Positions 51,080 to 60,319 are shown, counted from the first letter of the stretch. The stretch: 64,000 nucleotides of DNA from an uncultured Sutterellaceae bacterium (GCA_902797695.1 CADBTW010000095.1:66-64065), one strand, 5' to 3'. Translations and numbers: made by a program. The notes: generated by a model not told the origin, from the letters alone.

Positions 51080-51877
51080 TCAGCCGAGCACCATGGAGTC
51101 AGGAATATCGGCTTCTCCCCCGGAGGCCTTCTCGAAGAGCCCGAGCAGGTCGGAGACCGTGAGCTTCTTCTTCTCGTCCCCTGCGATGTCGACGATCACC
51201 CGGCCCTCATGCATCATGATGAGCCGGTTCCCGAACCGGAGCGCGTCGCGCATGTTGTGGGTGATCATGAGCGTCGTGAGGTGTCCCTCGCGCACGAACC
51301 GGTCGGTGATCGCGAGGACCTTCTCGGCGGTCTTCGGGTCGAGCGCCGCAGTGTGCTCGTCGAGAAGGAGCAGCTCCGGGCGCTTGATCGTCGCCATGAG
51401 GAGGGTGACCGCCTGGCGCTGGCCGCCCGAGAGCAGGCCGACCTTCGAGGTGAGGCGGTTCTCGAGCCCAAGGTCGAGCTCCGCGAGCATGTCGCGGAAA
51501 TGGTCGTAGAGCTTCCGGTTCTCGCTCCAGCGTAGCGTCAGCCGGTCGCCGCGGCGCATCGCCATTGCGAGGTTCTCGGCGATCTGCATCCCGGCCGCGG
51601 TACCCTTCATCGGGTCCTGGAAGACCCGGCCGATGAAGCGGGCACGCTTGTGCTCGGGCATCTTCGTCACGTCCGTGTTCCTGATCACGATCCGCCCGGA
51701 ATCAACCGGGAAGCCCCCGGCGATCGAGTTGAGCAGCGTCGACTTGCCGGCCCCGTTGCTCCCGATCACGGTCGCGAAGTCCCCGTCCTCGAGCTTGAGG
51801 CTCACGCCCCGGAGCGCCTTCTTCTCTGTCGGCGTTCCCGGGAAGAAGGTCTTGTGGATGTTTTCGACGAGAAGCAT
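51080..51877 (-). CDS. ABC transporter ATP-binding protein (COG1101-type, partner of the COG2984 binding protein)
   Basis: GSNGAGKST, LSGGQRQAVTLL, LLLDEHTAALD. Confidence 0.93.
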   Translation of the reverse strand: MLLVENIHKTFFPGTPTEKKALRGVSLKLEDGDFATVIGSNGAGKSTLLNSIAGGFPVDSGRIVIRNTDVTKMPEHKRARFIGRVFQDPMKGTAAGMQIAENLAMAMRRGDRLTLRWSENRKLYDHFRDMLAELDLGLENRLTSKVGLLSGGQRQAVTLLMATIKRPELLLLDEHTAALDPKTAEKVLAITDRFVREGHLTTLMITHNMRDALRFGNRLIMMHEGRVIVDIAGDEKKKLTVSDLLGLFEKASGGEADIPDSMVLG

Positions 51878-52773
51878 CAGGCGGCCCTCCTGTGGCTGAG
51901 TTCCTTGTATTTCTTCTGGATCAGGGGCAGCGAAAGAGCGAGCGCGACGAGGATCGCCGTGAAGAGCTTGAGGTCGTTCGGCGGCATCCCCATTTCAAGG
52001 ACGATCGCGATCACGAGCCTGTAGACGATGGAGCCGAGGATCACGGAAACGAGGCAGTTCTTGAAGCTGCGGGTGCCGAAGAGGACTTCTCCGATGATGA
52101 CGGAAGCGAGTCCGATCACGATCGTCCCGATTCCCATGCCGGCGTCCGCAAAGCCGCCGCTCTGCGCGATGAGGGCGCCCGAGAGCGCGACGAGGCCGTT
52201 CGAGACGAGGAGGCCGAGGATCACCATCGTGTCGGTGTTCACGCCCTGCGCCCGGCTCATCTGCGGATTGAACCCTGTCGCCCGGAGCGCAAGGCCGATC
52301 TCAGTTCCGAAGAACCAGTAGACCGCCCCGACCACGACCGCGGCGGCCGCTAGCCCGACGGCGAGCGTCGCCTGCACCTCGGTGAGGCCGGCCCCGGTGC
52401 CCCAGGAATAAACCGTGTCGTAGCCGAGGAGAGAAATGTTCGCCCGGCCCATCACCCGGAGGTTCACGGAGTAGAGCCCGATCATCGTGAGGATCCCGGC
52501 GAGGAGCGCGGGGATCCGGAGCTTCGTCGTGAGGAGCCCGGTCACGGCGCCTGCCGCGCATCCTGCGGCGATCGCAAGCGCGAAGGCGACCCAAAGCGGG
52601 TGCCCGGCCGTGATGCAGGTCGCGGCGACCGCGGCCCCGAGCGGGAAGGTGCCTTCAACGGAAAGGTCGGCGATGTCAAGGACCCGGAAGGTGATGTAGA
52701 CGCCGAGGGCGAGCAGGGACCACAGGAGTCCCTGGGCGATGGTGGGAAGCAGAACGTTGAGCATCAGGTTCAC
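51877..52773 (-). CDS. ABC transporter permease (COG4120-type)
   Basis: 298 aa and highly hydrophobic with multiple TM spans. 1-nt overlap with the ATPase gene. Confidence 0.9.
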   Translation of the reverse strand: MNLMLNVLLPTIAQGLLWSLLALGVYITFRVLDIADLSVEGTFPLGAAVAATCITAGHPLWVAFALAIAAGCAAGAVTGLLTTKLRIPALLAGILTMIGLYSVNLRVMGRANISLLGYDTVYSWGTGAGLTEVQATLAVGLAAAAVVVGAVYWFFGTEIGLALRATGFNPQMSRAQGVNTDTMVILGLLVSNGLVALSGALIAQSGGFADAGMGIGTIVIGLASVIIGEVLFGTRSFKNCLVSVILGSIVYRLVIAIVLEMGMPPNDLKLFTAILVALALSLPLIQKKYKELSHRRAA

Positions 52774-52866
52774 CTCTGGCCGCAGGTTGAGCGAACAGGG
52801 CAGGGGAAAGAAAATGCCTTCCCGCAGGAGCCCCGGGGGAAGGCGCTTGGAATGTTCAGAAGACGG

Positions 52867-53898
52867 CTAGTTCAGGATTTCGGCCTTCGACTTGACCGAT
52901 TCGGGGATCGCGATGCCGAGCTCCTTCGCTGCCTTGCCGTTCACGATCGCCTTGTACTGCTTCTGGTAGCGGATCGGCATCTCGGCAGGCTTCGACTTCC
53001 CGTCGAGGATGTCGGCGCCCATGTCGCCCGCGACCTTCCCGAGCTCGTAGTAGTCAATGCCGATCGTTGCGAGGCCGCCCGCCTTCACCATGTTCGACTC
53101 GCCGCAGATTACGGGGAGCTTCGCCGGGTTCGTCACCTTGAGGAGCGTCGGGATGGCGCTCGCGATCACGTTGTCAGTCGGCACGTACACCGCCTCGACC
53201 TTCCCCACGAGGCTGTGGGCGGCCTGCTGGATGTCGTTCACGTTCGAAACCGTGGCGATCTTCAGCGCAAACCCCTGCTTCTTCGCCTCGCCCTTGAGGA
53301 TGTCGACCTGGATCTCGGAGTTCACTTCGCTCGAGTTGTAGAGGACGCCCACGGTTTTCACGTTCGGTACGAACTCCTTCAGGAGCTGGGCCTGCTCGGC
53401 GATCGGATTCATGTCGGAGGAGCCGGTGACATTGGTGCCGGGCTTCTCGTTCGACTGCACGAGGCGGGCGCTCTTGTAGTCGGTGATCGCGGTGCCGACG
53501 ATCGGGATCGTCTTCGTCGTGTTGGCGACGGTCTGGGCGGCCGGCGTCGCGATCGCGAAGATGATCGCGGAATTCGCCGACACGAACCGCTGGGCGATGT
53601 TCTTCATGTTCGACTGGTCGGCCTGGGCGTTCTGGCGGTCGATCTTGATCTTCTCGCCGTCCTTGTAGCCCCGTGCGGCAAGCTGGTCCACGATGCCCTT
53701 GTTCGCGGCGTCGAGAGCCTGATGCTCGACCATCTGGATGATGCCGACGTTGAGCTGCCCGGCGTTCGCGGCAGCGGCGCTTGAGGCGGGGGCGGAAGCG
53801 GAGGCCGCGGCGCTGCTTGCACCCTTGTTGCCGCAGGCAGCGAGAAGAACGGCGGACGCGACGCACGCGAGCGCAATGCCGATTGTCTTGGGACTCAT
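52867..53898 (-). CDS. ABC transporter substrate-binding lipoprotein (COG2984/PF04392-like)
   Basis: Lipobox VLLAACG followed by NVGIIQMVEHQALDAANKGIVDQL and IPIVGTAITDY, typical of this uncharacterised binding-protein family. Confidence 0.88.
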   Translation of the reverse strand: MSPKTIGIALACVASAVLLAACGNKGASSAAASASAPASSAAAANAGQLNVGIIQMVEHQALDAANKGIVDQLAARGYKDGEKIKIDRQNAQADQSNMKNIAQRFVSANSAIIFAIATPAAQTVANTTKTIPIVGTAITDYKSARLVQSNEKPGTNVTGSSDMNPIAEQAQLLKEFVPNVKTVGVLYNSSEVNSEIQVDILKGEAKKQGFALKIATVSNVNDIQQAAHSLVGKVEAVYVPTDNVIASAIPTLLKVTNPAKLPVICGESNMVKAGGLATIGIDYYELGKVAGDMGADILDGKSKPAEMPIRYQKQYKAIVNGKAAKELGIAIPESVKSKAEILN

Positions 53899-54027
53899 GG
53901 AGATTTCTCCTTCTATCGTGTTTTCCAGGCTATTCGCGGGAAGTGCCTTCCCGAGGGCGAATGCATTTCTCCATTATGCAACAGGAAGGAGCGCGGCAGG
54001 CATTGCGGGGCGGGCGGGATGGCGATG

Positions 54028-54065
54028 AAAAACGCCCCGGCAGAGGCGTTTCCTCTGCCGGGGCG
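54028..54065 (-). terminator. intrinsic terminator after cysK
   Basis: Perfect 14-bp stem CGCCCCGGCAGAGG/CCTCTGCCGGGGCG. On the minus strand it is followed by TTTTT. Confidence 0.8.
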
Positions 54066-54094
54066 AAGCTGCTTTTTCGAGTGCCGGAGGCTGC

Positions 54095-55027
54095 TTACTC
54101 GGCCGCGAAGAGCGGCGTGGAGAAGTAGCGGTCGCCGTTATCCGGGAGAATCACGACGATAGTCTTCCCTTCAGCCTCGGGGCGTTTCGCGATTTCGATC
54201 GCGGCCCAAAGAGCGGCGCCAGCCGAAATCCCGGAAAGGATCGCCTCGGTTTGGGCGAGCTCGCGGCCGGTCGCGAAGGCGGCGTCGTTCTCGACCGGGA
54301 TAACCTCGTCATAGATCTTGGTGTCAAGGGTGTCCGGGACGAACCCGGCGCCGATGCCCTGGATCTTGTGGGGGCCGGCCTTGCCCTGGGAGAGGACCGG
54401 GGAGCTCGCCGGTTCGACCGCAACGACGTGGACCGCCGGGTTCTGCTCCTTCAGGTAGCGGCCAGTGCCGGTCAGCGTGCCGCCGGTGCCGACGCCCGCG
54501 AGGAAGTAGTCGACCTTCCCCTCGGCATCGCGCCAGATCTCGGGGCCGGTCGTCCTGTAGTGGGCCTTCGGGTTCGCGGGGTTCGTGAACTGTCCGGCAA
54601 CGATCGAGCCCGGGTCCTTCTCGTGGAGCTCGTTCGCCTTGGCGATCGCGCCCTTCATGCCGTCCTTGCCGGGAGTGAGGACGATCTCGGCGCCGTAGGC
54701 GCGGATCATGTTCCGGCGTTCAACCGACATCGTGTCCGGCATCGTGATCACAACCTTGTAGCCGCGGGCCTTGCCGACCATGGCGATGCCGATGCCGGTG
54801 TTGCCGGAGGTCGGTTCGTAGATCGTCGCGCCGGGCTTCAGGCGGCCGGTCTCCTCGGCGTCCTCGACGATTGCCTTCGCGATCCTGTCCTTCACGGAGC
54901 CGGCAGGATTGAACGCCTCGAGCTTCGCGAGGATCCTGGCCTTCAGGCCGAGCTTCTTCTCAAGCTTTTCGAGCTCGACGAGGGGGGTGTTGCCGATGAG
55001 GTCGGAAACCGACTTGTAGATAGTCAC
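54095..55027 (-). CDS. cysK: cysteine synthase A (O-acetylserine sulfhydrylase)
   Basis: PLP-Lys motif [19 protein letters not shown] loop, TSGNTGIG. Confidence 0.96.
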   Translation of the reverse strand: MTIYKSVSDLIGNTPLVELEKLEKKLGLKARILAKLEAFNPAGSVKDRIAKAIVEDAEETGRLKPGATIYEPTSGNTGIGIAMVGKARGYKVVITMPDTMSVERRNMIRAYGAEIVLTPGKDGMKGAIAKANELHEKDPGSIVAGQFTNPANPKAHYRTTGPEIWRDAEGKVDYFLAGVGTGGTLTGTGRYLKEQNPAVHVVAVEPASSPVLSQGKAGPHKIQGIGAGFVPDTLDTKIYDEVIPVENDAAFATGRELAQTEAILSGISAGAALWAAIEIAKRPEAEGKTIVVILPDNGDRYFSTPLFAAE

Positions 55028-55306
55028 TTAAAATCTCCTGAAGCGAGGCGCTTGTGCACGCGCCCGCCGAAAGTACCTTGGATGCGGATGATCGGGCTCA
55101 CCCGCAGTTTAAGTTTTAGTTTGTGCCGGACTTAAATCCGAGTGAATCTGTCGGGTACTTTATCAGCTCTTTTTCGAAAAAGCAAAAATTTTCGGCTTTC
55201 CGGGTTCCCGGGCTGTCTGCCCGCAGCCGGGCGGGAGCATCCTTTGAGCCCGGTTAGCCCCTACCTGCGGAAGTGCACGCCGCACAATCCTCAAGGCATC
55301 CCTGAG

Positions 55307-56689
55307 ATGGAGAAAAAGGTTTCTGGCGGTTCCCCCGGCCTTGCGCGGCTCGAAATCGAAGAGGCGGCGAAGAGCGGTGCCGGAGTCGCGTGGGTTCGTT
55401 CCGAGGGCGGCCTCCGCCGGGTTTTTGTGGAGGGCGCCCTGCCCGGGGACCTCGTGGAAGCACGGGTCGCATCCCCTCGGAAGGGGGCTCATTCCCTTGA
55501 GGGGAAGCTTGTGCGCGTTCTTTCGCCCGCGGCCGGCCGGAGGAATCCCCCGTGCCCAGCCGCCCGAGCGTGCGGCGGATGTCCCCTCGGAGGTCTCACG
55601 CCCCCCGCCCAACGGGCGGCAAGGAAGCGTCTTCTCGGGAAACTCTTCCGCGAGGGGGGATTTCCGGACGCTGTGATTGGGGACGTCCTCGGAATGGCGG
55701 GGGACCGGGAGGAGGGCTTCAGGAACAAGTCGATCCTTTACTTCTCGGGCGCGGGCGGTGCGCTTCGGCTCGGAATGTACCGGGCAGGAACCCACGAAGT
55801 GGCGGAGGGAACCCTCCGCTGCCCGCAGTGCCCGGAGTGGATGGGGGGCGCGGCCGAGTCGGTCCTCGCCTGGGCGCGCCGGTCGGGTCTTTCCGCTTCG
55901 CCCTCCGGGCCTCTCTTCTCGCTTCTCATGCGGGCCGGGACCCGGGGAAGGCTCGCAGCCCTCACGGTGACCTCGGCCCTCGGGGAGGCGGTCGAGGAGG
56001 GGCTCGCCTCTTCGCTCAGGAACGCCGGCCTCACCGGAGCCGTCGTCTCGCTGAAAAGCCGCGGCGGGAACTTCGCGCTCGGCGAGGAAAGCCGCGTGCT
56101 GTTCGGCTGCGGGAGCGTCGAAGCGGAAATCGAGGGCGCCTCGTTCGAAGTGCGGCCGGAAACGTTTCTCCAGGTGAACACTCCGATGACCCCGGTGCTC
56201 TACAGGATCGCGATCGGGGTAGCCCGTGCGGCGAAGGGCAGCCTCGTGCTCGATCTCTACTGTGGCGTCGGGACGATTTCGCTCCTCCTCGCGCGTGAAG
56301 CGGCCCGGGTGGTCGGGGTCGAGGTGGTGCCTTCGTCAGTCGAGGAAGCGCGAAGGAACGCGGAGAGGAACGGGGCAGCGAACGCGGAATTCGTCTGCGG
56401 CCCGGCGGAGGTGGTGCTGCCAGAGCTCTCCCGGGCAGGGCTCCGCCCGGCTTCGGTTTTCGTCGATCCTCCGCGGAAAGGGCTCGCTCCCGGGGTTCCT
56501 GCGGTGATCGCGGGGATGGCGCCGGAAGAAGTGGTCTACATCGCGTGCGGGCCCGAAGCGCTTGTCCGCGACGCTGCCGCCTTCAGGGAGCTCGGCTACG
56601 GGCTCGGGGAAGTGGTGCCGGTAGATCTCTTCCCGGGGACGCTACACGTGGAGACGGTCGCGCGGTTCGCGCGGAAGCCCGGGAGCTGA
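55307..56689 (+). CDS. rlmD: 23S rRNA (uracil-C5)-methyltransferase, RlmD/RumA family
   Basis: TRAM-like N-terminus, Cys cluster CPAARACGGCP, SAM motif DLYCGVGT and C-terminal DLFPGTLHVE. Start trimmed to ATG 55307. Confidence 0.85.
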   Translation: MEKKVSGGSPGLARLEIEEAAKSGAGVAWVRSEGGLRRVFVEGALPGDLVEARVASPRKGAHSLEGKLVRVLSPAAGRRNPPCPAARACGGCPLGGLTPPAQRAARKRLLGKLFREGGFPDAVIGDVLGMAGDREEGFRNKSILYFSGAGGALRLGMYRAGTHEVAEGTLRCPQCPEWMGGAAESVLAWARRSGLSASPSGPLFSLLMRAGTRGRLAALTVTSALGEAVEEGLASSLRNAGLTGAVVSLKSRGGNFALGEESRVLFGCGSVEAEIEGASFEVRPETFLQVNTPMTPVLYRIAIGVARAAKGSLVLDLYCGVGTISLLLAREAARVVGVEVVPSSVEEARRNAERNGAANAEFVCGPAEVVLPELSRAGLRPASVFVDPPRKGLAPGVPAVIAGMAPEEVVYIACGPEALVRDAAAFRELGYGLGEVVPVDLFPGTLHVETVARFARKPGS

Positions 56690-56710
56690 CCGCCACAGCC
56701 TGAAAACGCG

Positions 56711-56736
56711 AAAGGGCAGCCGCAGGGCTGCCCTTT
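56711..56736. terminator. possible bidirectional terminator (rlmD / cytochrome gene)
   Basis: AAA-GGGCAGCC-GCAG-GGCTGCCC-TTT; the U-runs are short. Confidence 0.5.
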
Positions 56737-56790
56737 GCTCTTCGTCGAACCGGGCCCGCACCGGGGCCCGGAACGGAAGCTGCCAGCAAG

Positions 56791-57126
56791 CTACTTCGCG
56801 GCTTCCTTGGTGCGAATCGTGAACTTGTGGCACTGGTTGCACGTAAGCTCAGGCTTCGCCTTGTCCGCCTTGTGGCACTCCTGGCAGTCGACGTCGCCAA
56901 GGTGGCTCTTATGCGGGTTCGGGTCGAGGTTCTTCGTCTTCTCGGCGAGCTTCGCGTAGTCGCCGTGGCAGGCCTTGCACTGGTCCTTCACGACATAGCC
57001 GTTGGCGCTCTTCGGCCAAGCGTTGCCGTGGCGCTCGGCGAGCGTCTTCTCGGCAGCGACCGAGGAGAGGGAAAGGCTGAGGCCGACAGCGACGGCAGCG
57101 AGGACAGCTAAAGCTTTTTTCATCAT
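56791..57126 (-). CDS. small periplasmic multihaem cytochrome c (three CxxCH)
   Basis: Sec signal MMKKALAVLAAVAVGLSLSLSSVAA and haem motifs CKACH, CQECH and CNQCH. It lies 42 bp downstream of the flavoprotein gene. Confidence 0.85.
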   Translation of the reverse strand: MMKKALAVLAAVAVGLSLSLSSVAAEKTLAERHGNAWPKSANGYVVKDQCKACHGDYAKLAEKTKNLDPNPHKSHLGDVDCQECHKADKAKPELTCNQCHKFTIRTKEAAK

Positions 57127-57168
57127 GTATCTCCTGAAATCCTTCTTGTCTTCACGTTCGTGCGCGGA

Positions 57169-58671
57169 TTACTTCGCAGCCTTCGCGCGGGCGGCCATTT
57201 CGCGTCCGGCGATGCGGCCGAAGACCGTGGCGCCGCCAAGCTGGGCGCCGCCGATGTAGTCGCGGAAGAACAGGCCGCCAGCGGCGTTGCCGGCCGCGTA
57301 GAGGCCAGGGATGCTCTTTCCCTCGAGGCTCTGGACCTCGGCCTTCGGATTGATCAGCGGGCCGCCGAAGGTCGCGGTCATGCCACCCTCGTACGGAATC
57401 GCGAAGAACGGGGCCTTCGCGATCGGGAAGGGCTTCGGGTAGGAGCAGGGCGGATTCATCTGCTTCAGCGTGCCGTTCTTCACGGCGTTGTTGTAGTCGT
57501 CGACGTCCTTCTGGAGGACCGCCGGGGCGATGTTGATCTGCTTCGCGAGCTCTTCGATCGTGTTCGCCGTGTAGTACTTCGTGTTGAGGCGCTGGAAGCG
57601 CTTCGTCATCTTGTCGATCACCTTGCAGTCGGAGTCGACGATCGCCCAGGCCTTGTTCTCGATCGTGAGCTGCGCGGCGGCCTTCGCCTTGATCACGTAG
57701 GTGTTCTTCTCGTCGACGAAGCGCTTGCCGCGGGCGTCAACGATGATGCCGTAGCCGGAGTTGAGGACTTCGTTCGGGTTCACGTGGGTCTCGGCGATGA
57801 TCGGGCCGGCGTGGAACTGGTCCATGTTCACCATCTTCGCGTTGAGCGGGAGGGTGAGGGCGATGTTCGCGCCCGTGGTCGAGCGGGAGCCGCGGATCGC
57901 GAGGCGGGAGGCCCAGCCGCCGATGTACTTGTCGGTCATCTCGGGGTTCGCGGAGAAGCCGCCGGTCGCGATCGTGACGCCGCCCTTCGTGAAGTAAGCC
58001 TTGCGGCCTTCAGGGGTCATCACGGCAACGCCGATCACGCCGCCCTTGTTGTCGGTGAGGAGGCGGGTCGCACGGTTCTCCCAGAGGAACTTGACGCCGC
58101 GCTTCTTCGCGAGCGCGAGCAGCTTCTGGACAAGCTGGGCGCCGCCCGTGATCCCCTCGCCGTTGATCTTGTTCACGCGGAATTCGCGCGGGTAGGGAGC
58201 GCGCTTCACCTTGCCGAACTTGACGCCGACCACTTCCTGCAGCCAGTCGAGGCCGGCCGGGATGTCGTTCGTGTACTGGCGGGTGAGAGCGGGGTCGGCA
58301 CGGCCGTTGGAGACATGCATCATCGCCTTGTAGAAGTCCTCGGCGGTGTCCTTGATGCCTTCGGAGATCTGGCGCTTGGAGCCCCAGCCGCAGACAGAAC
58401 CGAGCGCGTAGATCGCGTTGCCGTCCGGACGGTCCTTCTGCTCGAGCAGCGCAACGTTCTTCGCGCCGTTGTCAATCGCGCTGATCGCGGCGGTGAGGCC
58501 GGCGGCGCCGGCACCGATCACGATGGCGTCGTAGAGGCGGCCTTCCTTCGCTGCCTTCTCAAGCGCGGCCTGACCGTCCTTCGCGCGAGCGAAGGCGATT
58601 CCCGGTAAAGTCGAAGCGGCGAGGCCGGCAACACCGGCCTTCAGAATCGTCCGACGGGAAAGCTGAGTCAT
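57169..58671 (-). CDS. Tat-exported FAD-dependent reductase, flavocytochrome c / fumarate-urocanate reductase family
   Basis: Twin-arginine signal MTQLSRRTILKAGVAGLAASTLPGIAFA, FAD fold DAIVIGAGAAGLTAA and GGFSAN. GAGGAGA SD lies before ATG 58671. Confidence 0.9.
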   Translation of the reverse strand: MTQLSRRTILKAGVAGLAASTLPGIAFARAKDGQAALEKAAKEGRLYDAIVIGAGAAGLTAAISAIDNGAKNVALLEQKDRPDGNAIYALGSVCGWGSKRQISEGIKDTAEDFYKAMMHVSNGRADPALTRQYTNDIPAGLDWLQEVVGVKFGKVKRAPYPREFRVNKINGEGITGGAQLVQKLLALAKKRGVKFLWENRATRLLTDNKGGVIGVAVMTPEGRKAYFTKGGVTIATGGFSANPEMTDKYIGGWASRLAIRGSRSTTGANIALTLPLNAKMVNMDQFHAGPIIAETHVNPNEVLNSGYGIIVDARGKRFVDEKNTYVIKAKAAAQLTIENKAWAIVDSDCKVIDKMTKRFQRLNTKYYTANTIEELAKQINIAPAVLQKDVDDYNNAVKNGTLKQMNPPCSYPKPFPIAKAPFFAIPYEGGMTATFGGPLINPKAEVQSLEGKSIPGLYAAGNAAGGLFFRDYIGGAQLGGATVFGRIAGREMAARAKAAK

Positions 58672-58747
58672 GTTCTTTCTCCTCTTTTCCTGCATCCGTG
58701 CGGGATGCATGCAGTTTTTCACTTTTGCCAGTGATTATCCCTGTGGG

Positions 58748-58761
58748 ACTACGTACGTAGT
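58748..58761. promoter_or_regulatory. 14-bp perfect palindrome, candidate operator
   Basis: ACTACGTACGTAGT lies about 80 bp upstream of the flavoprotein start codon and downstream of the abrB-like gene. Confidence 0.3.
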
Positions 58762-58841
58762 TTGACCCGAATCACTCGTATCTTAAGCGAAACTGAAGAA
58801 GAAGAGTTTCTTAGACCTAGACCAAAGGAACTAGATGGCTC

Positions 58842-59060
58842 CTATATGCAGACTCCGGAGAGAAGGCTCACGATGTCGGCTCCCGGGCGCCTTCCGGAGT
58901 CTTCCCTCCCGCGCTTCCCCGCGTCCGCCTTCCGGATGCAGACCCGCCCGTCCTCCTCGATTTCGAATTCAATCGCGGAGCCGCCGCTCTTCAGGTGGAG
59001 GAAGTCCCGGATTTCCTTCGGAACCGTGACCTGGCCCTTGATCGTAAGACGGTTAGCCAT
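58842..59060 (-). CDS. AbrB/MazE/SpoVT-family DNA-binding protein (antitoxin-like)
   Basis: MANRLTIKGQVTVPKEIRDFLHLKSGGSAIEFEIEEDGRVCIRKA matches the SpoVT-AbrB swapped-hairpin motif; 72 aa. Confidence 0.8.
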   Translation of the reverse strand: MANRLTIKGQVTVPKEIRDFLHLKSGGSAIEFEIEEDGRVCIRKADAGKRGREDSGRRPGADIVSLLSGVCI

Positions 59061-59440
59061 TGCTGCTTCTCCTTTTTAGCCGTTTTCGGCGAGATGCCGG
59101 GGCTCGGCAATACGGAACAAATCCAGCCCTGCCGCAGGGAGCGCGTCCTTCTCCTTTTCAGGACCGGCCTTGCGGCGAAACAAGAATTCCGAGCATAAGA
59201 AAAGCTCCCGGGCGACAGGCGCTTGCGGGAGCTTCATATCTGGGCGAATCGCTTCGCCCGCCCGTACTTTTGCCCCGGTGGCCCGGAGCCGCATCCTGTA
59301 CTGCCCAACTTCTCCACCTTGCCCGGGTAGGCAGGTTGGCATGCCGGCGGAAAACCCGCTGCAACTCGTTATGCTCTACCCATATTGTATAACAAACAGC
59401 TGGAATTTCAAGGGCTTTGAAGCTATCACGCAATGGTAAA

Positions 59441-59468
59441 TTGTTTTTTTCCTCCAATAGGTTACAAT
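59441..59468 (+). promoter_or_regulatory. candidate promoter of the riboswitch-GDT1 unit
   Basis: TTGTTT, a 16-bp spacer, then TACAAT. It ends about 10 nt before the riboswitch P1 stem. Confidence 0.45.
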
Positions 59469-59477
59469 GCCCCCTTC

Positions 59478-59629
59478 CTCTTTGGGGAGTAGCTGCGCGG
59501 CAGGAGAAAAGGAGAAGCCCGGGAAAAAGGGCGCCCTGCCGCGGCCTGCGTCAACACACTTGGCCGGAAAAGGGCCGTGGCGCAGGACTTCGCGCTTCTT
59601 CGCGCGAACCCGGCAAGACCAAAGGGCCC
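59478..59629 (+). promoter_or_regulatory. yybP-ykoY (Mn2+) riboswitch aptamer
   Basis: Conserved elements CUUUGGGGAGUAGC (59480-59493), GUCAACACAC (59550-59559) and GGCAAGACCAAAGGG (59615-59629). P1 pairs 59478-59485 with 59622-59629. It lies upstream of a GDT1-family exporter gene. Confidence 0.8.
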
Positions 59630-59683
59630 TGCAGGAAGCGGCGACAACTACGCCGGCCCCAAGTCCTTCCAGCGGGCCTTTTT
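59627..59683 (+). terminator. riboswitch expression-platform terminator
   Basis: Long imperfect hairpin GGGCCCTGCAGGAAG...CTTCCAGCGGGCC followed by TTTTT. Its 5' arm overlaps the 3' strand of P1. Confidence 0.6.
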
Positions 59684-59716
59684 GTCTGTCCCGGGACCGG
59701 CGCCAGAGACCCCTTC

Positions 59717-60319
59717 ATGCTTGAAACCATTCTCCTCAGCACGGGAGCGATCGCGCTCTCCGAAATCGGGGACAAGACCCAGCTGCTCGCGCTCGCGCTC
59801 GCGGCGCGCTACAGGAAGCCCGTCCCGATCGTCCTCGGAATCATCGCGGCGACGCTCTTCAACCACTTCATCGCGGCGGCCCTCGGCTACTGGATCAACT
59901 CCTGGCTCACTCCGGCAGTCCTCCGCTGGGTGCTCGTCGTCTCCTTCATCGGCATGGGACTCTGGATGCTTATTCCCGACAAGGATGATGACGACGACTC
60001 GAGGAACAAGTGGGGGAAGTACGGCGTGTTCGCGGCGACCCTCGTCCTTTTCTTCCTCGCCGAAATGGGGGACAAGACCCAGCTCGCCACGATCGCGATC
60101 GCGGCGAAGGTGGGGGCGGTCGTTCCGGTCGTGATGGGAACGACGGTCGGCATGCTGCTCGCCGACGCCCCGGTCGTTTTCCTCGGGGACAGGTTCTCGC
60201 GGAAGATCCCGATGAAACCCGTGCACGTGATCGCTGCGCTGGTCTTCATCGGGTTCGGCACCGCGGCGCTCTTCTCAGACCCCGCAGCGGTAGCGGGCCT
60301 TTCCGCTCCGGCTTCCTGA
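59717..60319 (+). CDS. TMEM165/GDT1 (UPF0016) family cation (Mn2+/Ca2+) transporter
   Basis: Two E-x-G-D-K-T motifs (SEIGDKTQLLAL and AEMGDKTQLATI) in a 6-TM, 200-aa protein. The ORF-track extension from 59417 runs through the riboswitch and is rejected. Confidence 0.9.
   Translation: MLETILLSTGAIALSEIGDKTQLLALALAARYRKPVPIVLGIIAATLFNHFIAAALGYWINSWLTPAVLRWVLVVSFIGMGLWMLIPDKDDDDDSRNKWGKYGVFAATLVLFFLAEMGDKTQLATIAIAAKVGAVVPVVMGTTVGMLLADAPVVFLGDRFSRKIPMKPVHVIAALVFIGFGTAALFSDPAAVAGLSAPAS

Noticed and set aside
59417-59716. N-terminal extension of the GDT1 ORF
   Set aside because: It reads through the riboswitch aptamer and its terminator. The sequence there is explained by RNA structure, and the conserved transporter begins at MLETILLS.
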